Assembly (NCBI RefSeq): GCF_001194135.2
Contig: NC_069005.1
Span: forward strand, 22,987,819 to 23,040,536
DNA: 52,718 bases
Reading direction: 5' to 3'
DNA from: Octopus bimaculoides
Taxonomy: Eukaryota
This document shows positions 24,079 through 35,168 of this stretch, one piece after another. The notes beneath the pieces are model-generated. The model made no database searches. It saw only the letters and a program-made list of their open reading frames with translations, and was not told where the DNA came from. The translations under genes and the position numbers were made by a program. Position 1 is the stretch's first letter. The number at the start of each line of letters is the position of its first letter.

Positions 24079-25370
24079 NNNNNNNNNNNNNNNNNNNNNN
24101 NNNNNNNNNNNNNNNNNNNNNNNNNNNNNNNNNNNNNNNNNNNNNNNNNNNNNNNNNNNNNNNNNNNNNNNNNNNNNNNNNNNNNNNNNNNNNNNNNNNN
24201 NNNNNNNNNNNNNNNNNNNNNNNNNNNNNNNNNNNNNNNNNNNNNNNNNNNNNNNNNNNNNNNNNNNNNNNNNNNNNNNNNNNNNNNNNNNNNNNNNNNN
24301 NNNNNNNNNNNNNNNNNNNNNNNNNNNNNNNNNNNNNNNNNNNNNNNNNNNNNNNNNNNNNNNNNNNNNNNNNNNNNNNNNNNNNNNNNNNNNNNNNNNN
24401 NNNNNNNNNNNNNNNNNNNNNNNNNNNNNNNNNNNNNNNNNNNNNNNNNNNNNNNNNNNNNNNNNNNNNNNNNNNNNNNNNNNNNNNNNNNNNNNNNNNN
24501 NNNNNNNNNNNNNNNNNNNNNNNNNNNNNNNNNNNNNNNNNNNNNNNNNNNNNNNNNNNNNNNNNNNNNNNNNNNNNNNNNNNNNNNNNNNNNNNNNNNN
24601 NNNNNNNNNNNNNNNNNNNNNNNNNNNNNNNNNNNNNNNNNNNNNNNNNNNNNNNNNNNNNNNNNNNNNNNNNNNNNNNNNNNNNNNNNNNNNNNNNNNN
24701 NNNNNNNNNNNNNNNNNNNNNNNNNNNNNNNNNNNNNNNNNNNNNNNNNNNNNNNNNNNNNNNNNNNNNNNNNNNNNNNNNNNNNNNNNNNNNNNNNNNN
24801 NNNNNNNNNNNNNNNNNNNNNNNNNNNNNNNNNNNNNNNNNNNNNNNNNNNNNNNNNNNNNNNNNNNNNNNNNNNNNNNNNNNNNNNNNNNNNNNNNNNN
24901 NNNNNNNNNNNNNNNNNNNNNNNNNNNNNNNNNNNNNNNNNNNNNNNNNNNNNNNNNNNNNNNNNNNNNNTTCTCTCTCTTTGTTCACAACCTATTTCAC
25001 ATCAACGTGCCCACTTTCACATTATATACAATTGGAAAGAGCGAGTTAGTCGAAGGGAGAGAAAGATTTTTTTTTCTTCAAATAGGAGCAGAAAGAAAGA
25101 GGGGAGCGTATGAAGAGGAGGAGAGAGGGTGAAAGCAAGGCATAATTATTACTGAAGAAGAAGGAAGAGAAGAGAAAGAAGAGTAGGAGAAACAGAAAAC
25201 AAAAAACAAAAAACAAAAAACAAAAAAAACAAAAACGAAAGAAAGAAAGAAATAGAAGGCAAACGATGAAGCAGGTTGGCACCAGCTTCGATTTATGATA
25301 ACTTCCACCGAGAGCATTAGACATTTCCAGAAAGCAAAAACATTTCCAGAAAGAAACCCAAAGACCTAGG

Positions 25371-26040
25371 ATGGCCGCTACTGTCCTCGGGGGACGGAAT
25401 TCTCTCGAAACGACTTTTATCTACGTTTTACTGGCTTCCTGTATTTGTCTGTCTCTAACACAGCCGACTGTTCGCCAAATACGTTTTTCTGGCGATGGCT
25501 GTTTCGGTCGAATTAAGTGGCCGCATCACCCGTTTCGTAGATTTCATCGTGAGTGGAAGAATCTGGTGGAATCTGTACTGATCGAAGTGAAACGACAGAC
25601 AAACGAAAACAACGAACTACGCCATGAAGTGGAAGAACTTCGGAACACGAGTGCTCAATACAAGCAATTGCTGATGGACATGGCTTCAAATGTGGACAGA
25701 CTCGTAAAGACACTGGTAGACAAAGAACAACAACAATATCAGAAACAGCAGAAACAGCAATGTTCGTGTGAGTCCATCGTTGACAACGCAGAGCTCGAAT
25801 CTATGACCAGCGTGACACTGAAACCTGGGTTCGCAGTGGAAGAAGACAATATCAAAAAGAAATCTTCGTCCCGCTACGCCAACCGGATTATCGAGGATAA
25901 CGCCATTCTGTCTAATTATGGTTCGGGTGGTAATGATTTACGAAAATCTAAAATCGAATCAGCCAAGAGCCCAACCACAGACACCTATAACGACGGACCC
26001 ATTACCAGACAGTTTTTAATCAATGGATCTTACCCGAAAG
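25371..26040 (+). CDS. First coding exon of a secreted coiled-coil protein, probably angiopoietin-like / fibrinogen C-terminal-domain protein
   Basis: Complex 223-codon frame: hydrophobic signal (TFIYVLLASCICLSLT), heptad-rich coiled coil (about aa 60-130), low-complexity linker, then GSYPK+G followed by GTATGT at 26041 (phase 1). P-K/R-D-C with a phase-1 intron is the usual start of fibrinogen-related domains; that domain itself is not visible here. Confidence 0.8.
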
Positions 26041-26046
26041 GTATGT
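26041..26046 (+). promoter_or_regulatory. 5' splice donor
   Basis: AAG/GTATGT; composition shifts to TA-rich intron-like sequence immediately after. Confidence 0.8.
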
Positions 26047-26149
26047 ATGTATACATATTTATATATTATTCTGACTTGCTTGTTTGTGTTTCCAATGTTT
26101 ATAATACATTTTACACCACATGATATTACTGTGTGCAATTGAATGTCAC

Positions 26150-27570
26150 TGCTTAACTCCGGTCAGCCCTGATTGAATAGACCTATGATCATCCCATCTT
26201 TTTCTATTCAGACATTGATTCTCGGACGTAAATGGGAGTATGAGTTCTCTTTTACTCACAACATAGCATATCTTTGTGTACCTGACTGTTGTTTCTGTTT
26301 TGGTTTTGCTCTGGGTCAGTTCTTATCCAGCAGATTTATGATCAAATGGGGAGGCGCAATGGCCCAGTGGTTAGGGCAGCGGACTCGCGGTCATAGGATC
26401 GCGGTTTCCATTCCCAGACCGGGCGTTGTGAGTGTTTATTGAGCGAAAACACCTAAAGATCCACGAGGCTCCGGCAGGGGATGGTGGCGAACCCTGCTGT
26501 ACTCTTTCACCACAACTTTCTTTCACTCTTTCTTCCTGTTTCTGTTGTGCCTGTAATTCAAAGAATCAGCCTTGTCACACTGTGTCACGCTGAATATCCC
26601 CGAGAACTACGTTAAGGGTACACGTGTCTGTGGAGTGCTCAGCCACTTGCACGTTAATTTCTCGAGCAGGCTGTTCCGTTGATCGGATCGACTGGAACAC
26701 TCGACGTCGTAAGCGACGGAGTGCCAACACACATGATCAAATACTGTTCAATTATAGCCGCCCTCTCTTATATTCAGACACAGTATTTCTTTCTCCAAGT
26801 TATTTGATATGTCCTTCTGTGCTCCGGTTGTTTTGCTCCTGGTTAGTATTCGGCCAGCATTTCTATGATCACATACAATTCAGTTTATGGCCGTCGTGTT
26901 TAAGATTAACACACAGTATACCTATGACGACATTATTAATATGTATCATTCGATACCCTCCTTGTGGCTTTAATCATCGGTCTGGTCTAGCGCCGGATGA
27001 GAGACACTTGTGGTCTGCATAACAGACCTGTGATCGAAAACATTCCAGATGTGACCATCATCTCATTTTTCCCGGGGAGTGTATCTCCAACTACAATATC
27101 TAACAAATCACTCCTTCTTGTAGCTGTTGCTTAGCCCAAGTTTAACACCGATTAGAAAACATTTAATGAAAGACGTTCCAGCCGTGATCATCCAAGCCTT
27201 TATTGAAACACAGCATAGCTAGAACAACATGTGTCCTTTGTTGTTTAGCTCAGCTCAACAATGATTCAAGACATCTGAGATTAAAGTTGTCGCCATAACA
27301 ATCTCGCCTTTTATTCAAGTACAGTGTATCTACAATTACATCATCTAATGTATCCTATCTTTTATTCTGGCATTGTATATCTAAAAGTAGATTATCTATT
27401 GAGTCTGGTTTTACTCAGACCTGTTATCAAAGCTGTTGCTCCTATCGTAATAGTCTCATCATTTTTTTTTATAATAGAAACTACATTACAGATTGTATCG
27501 TTCCTTATTTAAGACTGTAGAATTTTATTTCGCGAAAATTCAGCTATTATTTCTAGCCAGTCGAGAGTCC
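26150..27570 (+). repeat. Cluster of diverged family F modules, interrupted by a SINE B
   Basis: At least 5 decayed GGTCAGCCCTGA...AGACCTATGATCA...TTCCAG..GTGA.CATC units (near 26160, 26315, 27020, 27135, 27245, 27405), then M3 at about 27510. Confidence 0.55.
26348..26732 (+). mobile_element. SINE family B, full length
   Basis: A box TGGCCCAGTGG, B box GGTTTCCATTCC, tail GTAAGCGACGGAGTGCCAACAC; 10-bp TSD ATGATCAAAT (26338-26347 / 26733-26742). Confidence 0.9.
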
Positions 27571-27639
27571 ACGCCAACACTGACTACACCACTGCCATCA
27601 TCATCATCACCATTACCTCTCCAGCAAAACGATGACGAA

Positions 27640-27848
27640 AAAGAAGAAGAAATAGGAGGAGGAATAGGAGAAGAATGAGGAGAGAAGAAGGAGGAGGAGA
27701 AGAAGAATGAGGACAGAAGGAGGAGGAGGAGGAGGACGAGACGGAGGGCGAGGAGGACGAGACGGAGGAGGACGAGATGGAGGAGGACGAGACGGAGGAG
27801 GACGAGACGGAGGAGGACGAGACGGAGGAGGAGGAGGAGAAAAAATAG

Positions 27849-27892
<44 letters not shown>
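27640..27892. repeat. Purine-rich compound repeat: (GGA)n, GGAGGAGGACGAGAC units, (CTA)n
   Basis: Direct inspection. Confidence 0.9.
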
Positions 27893-28451
27893 NNNNNNNN
27901 NNNNNNNNNNNNNNNNNNNNNNNNNNNNNNNNNNNNNNNNNNNNNNNNNNNNNNNNNNNNNNNNNNNNNNNNNNNNNNNNNNNNNNNNNNNNNNNNNNNN
28001 NNNNNNNNNNNNNNNNNNNNNNNNNNNNNNNNNNNNNNNNNNNNNNNNNNNNNNNNNNNNNNNNNNNNNNNNNNNNNNNNNNNNNNNNNNNNNNNNNNNN
28101 NNNNNNNNNNNNNNNNNNNNNNNNNNNNNNNNNNNNNNNNNNNNNNNNNNNNNNNNNNNNNNNNNNNNNNNNNNNNNNNNNNNNNNNNNNNNNNNNNNNN
28201 NNNNNNNNNNNNNNNNNNNNNNNNNNNNNNNNNNNNNNNNNNNNNNNNNNNNNNNNNNNNNNNNNNNNNNNNNNNNNNNNNNNNNNNNNNNNNNNNNNNN
28301 NNNNNNNNNNNNNNNNNNNNNNNNNNNNNNNNNNNNNNNNNNNNNNNNNNNNNNNNNNNNNNNNNNNNNNNNNNNNNNNNNNNNNNNNNNNNNNNNNNNN
28401 NNNNNNNNNNNNNNNNNNNNNNNNNNNNNNNNNNNNNNNNNNNNNNNNNNN

Positions 28452-28660
28452 GTGTGTTTGCGTGTCTGTGTTTGTCCCCACAAAATCGCCTGACAACCGA
28501 TGTTGGTGTTTCTACATCTCCGTAACTTAGCGGATCGGCAAAAGAGAACCGATAGAATAAATACTAGGATTACAAAGGATAAGCTCTGGGGTGGATTTGC
28601 TCGACTAAAGGTGATGCTCCAGCATGGCCGCAGTTAAATGACTGAAACAAATAAAAGATA
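28452..28660 (+). mobile_element. SINE family C, 3' half
   Basis: TGTTTGTCCCCACAAAATCGCC...GCTCCAGCATGGCCGCAGTTAAATGACTGAAACA. Confidence 0.85.
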
Positions 28661-28777
28661 ACACATAAAAGATAAAAGAGACGTTCAATCTTGTGCTTTG
28701 GGAAACCTGAATTTGAAGTAATCCTCTGTAATAGAAAACAAAACTCTCTGGAAAACTTACAGACGTTCCTTCTGGTT

Positions 28778-28832
28778 TCTCTGAGAAGGTCTGGCTTCTC
28801 TGAGAAGGTCTGGCTTCTCTGAGAAGGTCTGG
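28778..28832. repeat. 19-bp tandem repeat, about 3 copies
   Basis: TTCTCTGAGAAGGTCTGG(C/A) three times. Confidence 0.9.
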
Positions 28833-29374
28833 ATTTAAAATCATTTTCAGATTAGTTAAAAGTTTCCCTTGGTGTCGTCATCAAATAAACTTTCAGCTGC
28901 ATTTAATTAAAGCAAACTGATCGCTGATAAAGATAAGTAGCAAAAGTATTAGATATATAACGCCTGTTGTATATCTACCCATCCATCTACCTAGTTACCT
29001 ACATTCCTTCCCGCCAATCTACCTAGCCGGCTAGCTACCCCGGCCCAACGTCTTACCTCGCTGGTAACTGATAAGAAGGAGTATTTCTGGTCAATTTAAG
29101 AAGTTACTAATATAACCCAATTCTTTCCACTTTAGTTCCATGTGGCGTGTAATAAAGACGGCAGTGGCCATTTTACAGTTCTGTGTGTGTGTATGTGTGT
29201 GCACGCACGCGTGTTTACACATTAAGAGAGAGTGAGTGAGTGAAAGAGAGAGGGGGGAGATAAACAAGATAAAACAAATGTAAATTTTGTGACGACCTGC
29301 GATGTATGTAAATAAGAACATATGAGAGGCGGTTAGTTCTGTTTATGTATTTTGTGTATAAATATATACGTATT

Positions 29375-29761
29375 ATATGTGTTTGTGTGTGTGTGTAGGA
29401 GGGTATTTGTGTGTGTGTGTATGTGTGTGTGAGTGTGTGCATTTGTGTGTGGAGGAGGGTATTTGTGTGTGCGTGTATATATATATATATGTTTGCGCAC
29501 ATATATGTGTATATAAACATCTGAATACACCACATATATGTATATACTTTGTGTGTGTGTGTGTGTGTAGGATGGTACTTGTATATGTGTGTGTGTAGAG
29601 GAGGATATTTGTGTGTGCGTGTATATATATATATATATATATATATGTTGGTGTACATATATGTATATATAAACATCTGAATACACACACATATATGTAT
29701 ATACTTTGTGCGTGTGTGTGCGTGTGCGTGTGTGTGTGTGTGTTTGTGCCTGTGTGTGTGC

Positions 29762-29852
<91 letters not shown>

Positions 29853-30010
29853 TGAGTGTAGCACGGAACGGATTTACGGATTTGGTAAACAAACTGATAA
29901 AACAAATATTTTATTGCACACCCTGAAGTGTGTGCGTGTGTGCGTGTGTGCGTGTGTGCGTGCGAGTATGAATACATGTATGCATACATATTTGTATATA
30001 TGTGTGTATA
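29375..30010. repeat. (TG)n/(TA)n complex with an internal tandem duplication of about 150 bp
   Basis: ATAAACATCTGAATACA block occurs twice (about 29513 and 29669). Confidence 0.85.
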
Positions 30011-30552
30011 CGCAGATGTATATTTCTCACCCTCTTCCTCTCTTTCTCTATATGCACAACACCTCATAGACCGTCTCCACACTGTTGACATGGTTTGGAG
30101 ACAAACCGAGTCAAGATGTCTGGTAGCAATATGGATTGCAGACTCAGGAATGTGGGAGTGCCATGATCTCAAGCGCCAGCAAAAGCTTCCGAAAATGTCC
30201 AAAACCATTCCCTGTATATTAGGGTTGATATGAGAGACACGCTGAAACAAATGCTGCGGGTTGTCTCATCCCCAGTGACCCTGCAACGCGCCGGACATCA
30301 ACGCGGAATTTACAAGGGTTCGTGTTATTGCTAAATAGTCATTGAACTCCATACATTGGGTTCCCTCTGTCCTTTTCACAGGTCTTGTTCTTCAGTCCTG
30401 CTGCATTTCTAGCTACCCCCTTCACTAGGATAACAGGGTCAGGGTGCCGGTTAAGTTTGGCCACGACCCGACCATGCAACAAGTTGTATTGAACTCCATG
30501 TTACCAGTAGCACTCAAGTTATATCACGCGCTTGCGCACGCACGCACACACG

Positions 30553-30596
<44 letters not shown>

Positions 30597-31621
30597 NNNN
30601 NNNNNNNNNNNNNNNNNNNNNNNNNNNNNNNNNNNNNNNNNNNNNNNNNNNNNNNNNNNNNNNNNNNNNNNNNNNNNNNNNNNNNNNNNNNNNNNNNNNN
30701 NNNNNNNNNNNNNNNNNNNNNNNNNNNNNNNNNNNNNNNNNNNNNNNNNNNNNNNNNNNNNNNNNNNNNNNNNNNNNNNNNNNNNNNNNNNNNNNNNNNN
30801 NNNNNNNNNNNNNNNNNNNNNNNNNNNNNNNNNNNNNNNNNNNNNNNNNNNNNNNNNNNNNNNNNNNNNNNNNNNNNNNNNNNNNNNNNNNNNNNNNNNN
30901 NNNNNNNNNNNNNNNNNNNNNNNNNNNNNNNNNNNNNNNNNNNNNNNNNNNNNNNNNNNNNNNNNNNNNNNNNNNNNNNNNNNNNNNNNNNNNNNNNNNN
31001 NNNNNNNNNNNNNNNNNNNNNNNNNNNNNNNNNNNNNNNNNNNNNNNNNNNNNNNNNNNNNNNNNNNNNNNNNNNNNNNNNNNNNNNNNNNNNNNNNNNN
31101 NNNNNNNNNNNNNNNNNNNNNNNNNNNNNNNNNNNNNNNNNNNNNNNNNNNNNNNNNNNNNNNNNNNNNNNNNNNNNNNNNNNNNNNNNNNNNNNNNNNN
31201 NNNNNNNNNNNNNNNNNNNNNNNNNNNNNNNNNNNNNNNNNNNNNNNNNNNNNNNNNNNNNNNNNNNNNNNNNNNNNNNNNNNNNNNNNNNNNNNNNNNN
31301 NNNNNNNNNNNNNNNNNNNNNNNNNNNNNNNNNNNNNNNNNNNNNNNNNNNNNNNNNNNNNNNNNNNNNNNNNNNNNNNNNNNNNNNNNNNNNNNNNNNN
31401 NNNNNNNNNNNNNNNNNNNNNNNNNNNNNNNNNNNNNNNNNNNNNNNNNNNNNNNNNNNNNNNNNGGAATGTGGTTCTGATTGGTCACGTACAGCAAGCT
31501 GTGTCACGCCGTGTCACGCCGTGTCACATCGCGTCTTCTTAATAACTGTGAGAGATTGCATTTTATATACACGTGTCTTCTGAGAAAAACGCACACACAC
31601 TCACACACATACGCACACACA

Positions 31622-31654
<33 letters not shown>

Positions 31655-32499
31655 TTTCTGACGTGCACGCGCACACACACATACATACATACACATACAC
31701 GCCCACAAACACACAAGCCCATTCACATTCATAAGACCGTTTAACTCATTTTATGTATTATTATGTTAAGGATATAAATGTGTAGAATCCCCAACTGCGT
31801 CGCGCACGTGCGCGCGTGTGTGTTATTGTTATTTATTATTATTTTTAGACTTCTTACCAATGGAGAAAAAAACCTGTTTCTAACTTTGATCCACGGCGTC
31901 TTAATCGGAATTTTAAACAACAGCAGCTGGATATTTGTACAGGTTTGTGTGTATATCTGCAATATTTGGAGTCAATATAAGTGTAGATTTGTATGTTTTG
32001 TTTTATGCATGTATATATATGCATATAGTTCCATATCTAGACATTTGCTTATGGACTTAACTGCTAAACTTTTGGTAAAATTTTACAAATTTTGACAGTT
32101 CTGTTTATAGCTTGTATTTTTAATTAGCTTTCTTCTTTCTGGTTTTGAGAACCCTAGTTTCTCAAGGTTGGTTTTCAGAACCCTAATTTCTCAAGACAAT
32201 ATCCTAGTGTCTCAATAATTACGGGTATAAATCTGAATTTGTAATCCAGGGGGAGTTGTAAATTTCTCAATAGTTCAGCGTAGACGTTTTTATTTTCGCT
32301 CTATGCCGACATTCGCTGCGCAACTGATTTTCTCCACAGTACATCGTTTCTCTTCACTGTCACAAATCGCGGTTCATCTTTTGCGGTTTATTATTTAAGC
32401 TTACGTCGATTCCTCTGTGGTGTTGTTTTGCAACTTATAATAAAATGAATATATAAAAATTATAAAAATAAATAAATATATATATATATATACAGTACA

Positions 32500-32579
32500 A
32501 TACTGTTTCTACTTCGCGGATTTTCACTTATCGCGGGGGGTTTTGGAACGAAACACACGCGATAGTCGAGGGATTACTG
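32500..32579 (-). mobile_element. Tigger/pogo-like element terminus
   Basis: Minus strand TA-CAGTAATCCCTCGACTATCGCG...CCCCCGCGATAAGTGAAAATCCGCGAAGTAG is a typical Tigger-type terminal sequence; other end not found. Confidence 0.6.
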
Positions 32580-32601
32580 TATCTGGTCTATAATGTTTGC
32601 T

Positions 32602-32919
32602 GAGAGATAATATCTATCCCCACTGTTACGTAGATATTGTTAGAACAAACTTTACTGTGGTAGATAGCACGAGAGAAACTTTCATATGGATTTTTGGTGC
32701 AAAATGCACACTTGTTTATATCGCTGGAGATGAGCCGGAGTGAGTCACTCGACCGCTAGAAATAGCAGTGACTCGCCTTCCCGACTCATCTCTGGCGATA
32801 TAAACAAAAGTGCATTTTGCACCAAAAGCCAATATGAAAATTTCTCTCATGGTATCTACCGCAATAAAGTTTGTTCTAACAGAATATCCACGTTAAATTG
32901 GAGATAGATTTTATCTCTC
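32602..32919. repeat. 318-bp fold-back inverted repeat
   Basis: Arms 32602-32749 and 32767-32919 pair at roughly 85 percent by eye; 17-nt loop. Confidence 0.9.
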
Positions 32920-32959
32920 GGTATTAATACTGCCTCTGTTACTAATAAATATTTTATAA

Positions 32960-33470
32960 TGTTTGCATTTTATTGAGGTTTTCGCTGGAACATCCCACCA
33001 GTACTCTTTCCTATCATGAGTGTCCAAGGCCTCTATCACATTGTGGGTTTCTTACCTCTCTGGCCCCACGATTATCATTCCGATGGATCTCATTATAAAA
33101 TATCTTGGTTACAACATCATATCTTATCGGTAAGGCGAAAACATTTTCGGATGACTGCTTATGGTGTGGATAATATCCTTGGTGTTAACTCCACATCACA
33201 TTTTGGTGTCTTTCCTGAGTCTCTGTCCCTTTTTTACATCAAATATTTGGTTTCTCTTGCTTGTTTCCGGATTGAAAATACATATCCTTCAGTGTAAGAG
33301 TTAATAATCCGGTTGTTGGTCTACGAAAGACTCCTTTGACTATCAATGCTGCTGTCATGCTGGAGCTTTCTGCTAACATGCCCATGCACAATGTTCTACT
33401 GATGTATACTCATCTTTTCATCTGGTGATATGTTGCAGTAAAGTCGTGCAACTTCTTTGAATATGTATTT
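32960..33470 (-). mobile_element. Decayed RTE-like LINE endonuclease/linker remnant
   Basis: Across frameshifts: NTYSKK / RLYCNISPDEK..HQ / LLTLTLK / IFDVKK / KDIIH, resembling RTE NT-F-K...RLYTW-SPDG...NQIDYI...LL-AKLK. Confidence 0.4.
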
Positions 33471-33473
33471 GTT

Positions 33474-34320
33474 GTGATGAGAGTTACGACGTCCGTTTGC
33501 GAGAGATAGACCGGTCCGAGTGAAGTATAAATAGTAACGATCCGAGAGAGTTCGAAATGTTCAGAGTTCGGAGTCGAGTGAAGTTCGTGTTAGTTTGCAG
33601 TAAAGTCGGAAGGTGTCGGTTAGTTAGTTCACAAGGAATATTGATTGTAGGTTCGTAAAGAGATTTGTTAGTTCGTTACATTGTTTTTACTGTTGTCTGG
33701 TTATCTTATTTATTGTACGTAACAAATTATGTTACAAAATCTGGCGACGAGGGTTATTAAGCAATTTCTTCGTGATACATCTTGTTAAATAATGGAAGAC
33801 CTATTAGCTTCCATAGTACAGTTGCAAAAGCAACTATTGCAGCAACAACAACAACAATAATTATTATTGGAGATATATTCAAAGAAGTCCAAAAATGAGG
33901 AAAGTTCGTTTTCGCCAAACGGCGTTTCGAACTCGATTAATTAATTCAGTTATAACCTAGAGGAGGGTATAACTTTTGCATCGTACCAGAGATGGTACGA
34001 AGAGATTTTTAAGCAAGATTGCAAATCATGGTCGGATGAACAAAAAGTGAGATTGTTATTGCGAAAATTAGCTCCATTAGAGCATAAACGTTACTGTAAT
34101 TTCATATTGCTCAAAAAAACCGATGAAATTTGCTTTAAAGAAACAATAAAATTACTGTCGAACAAATTCGGTGATAAAATTTCTCTATTTAACACTCGAA
34201 TAGAGTGTTGGAATGTAACGAAAAAAAGAGAACAATGATTTTATCACATACGCAGGAACAGTCAACAGGATGTGTGAAAGTTTTAAACTGAAAGAACTTA
34301 CACCTGAGATGTTCAAGTGT
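33474..34320 (+). mobile_element. Ty3/Gypsy (Mag-like) 5' stub: LTR, PBS and decayed gag
   Basis: LTR about 33474-33736 (TG...TTACA, TATAAATA inside); PBS TGGCGACGAGG at 33742-33752; gag from ATG 33792 reading FSYNLEEGITF...KVRLLLRKL...SLFNTR...DFITYAGTVNRMCESFKLKELTPEMFKC with 2 stops and a frameshift. Confidence 0.85.
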
Positions 34321-34618
34321 CGTTATCCGAAAGACCATTTCTGAGGGCATATCTATGTAGCTTCACTGAATTCAGTTCCATTCATCCCCTCTCCCTAACA
34401 CATCCACTCCAAAGCAATTATCGGTCCTTACCCCAGTTATTTCTTAGCTAAATAAGTTTACTCGCCATCTCCTTTAACCCAGATGAAAGTCATTATTTTG
34501 TTCTGCTCTATAGGTTCATTACACACACGCAATAATGATACACACACTCAATAATGATACACACACTCACACACACATACACACAATCACGCACACACGC
34601 ACAGACAGATAGATAGAT

Positions 34619-34662
<44 letters not shown>

Positions 34663-34682
34663 TGTGTATATCCATGCACAAT

Positions 34683-34719
34683 TCTTTCTGTTGAAGACCA
34701 TAGCTCGAAACGTTAAAGA
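34683..34719 (+). ncRNA. Minimal hammerhead-like motif with CUGUUGA core variant
   Basis: UCUUU-CUGUUGA-A-GACCAUAGCUC-GAAA-CGUU-AAAGA; perfect 5-bp stem I; downstream flank similar to the 10843 and 48158 copies. Confidence 0.55.
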
Positions 34720-34876
34720 CTTTCTCTATTCCCGAGCGTTAAACTAATACATCCTTTTGTTGTTTACACCACCCGTCCTTGTCTGTTGTTTTTTTTTCGT
34801 AAATTCTCCCATATATACATATATACGTATATATATTTATACGTTTCTGTAAACATACATACATGTATGTGTCCTG

Positions 34877-35168
34877 TTTTTTATTCAGACATAGAGTATC
34901 AAGGACTACATTATCTAATGTTCTGTCTCTTATTTAGATATTGTGTATCTAAGACTACATTATCTAATGTGCTGTCTCTTATTTAGATATTGTGTATCTA
35001 AGACTATATTATGTAATGTTCTGTAATGTCTTTTATTCAGACACAGTATATCTAGGACTACATTATCTAATGTTCTGTCTCTTATTTAGATATAGTGTAT
35101 CTAAGACTATATTATGTAATGTTCTGTAATGTCTTTTATTCAGACACAGTATATCTAGGACTATATTG
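34877..35168. repeat. Minisatellite with 49/54-bp units derived from family F module M2
   Basis: ACTA(C/T)ATTAT anchors at 34905, 34954, 35003, 35057, 35106, 35160; runs into an N gap of about 700 bp. Confidence 0.9.

Noticed and set aside
26348-26420. tRNA-like A/B boxes here and in other SINE heads
   Set aside because: They are SINE heads followed by cores, tails and TSDs, not tRNA genes.
27491-27520. TTACAG/ATTGT as a possible exon 2 start (D-C)
   Set aside because: It reads DCIVPYLRL then a stop, has no donor, and lies within family F repeats.
30060-30525. Complex GC-richer block with short ORFs on both strands
   Set aside because: No recognisable motif or splice pattern; cannot be assigned.
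34325-34385. Minus-strand CTGA...GAAATGGTC motif
   Set aside because: The core lacks the GA at positions 8-9 and stem II is not evident.
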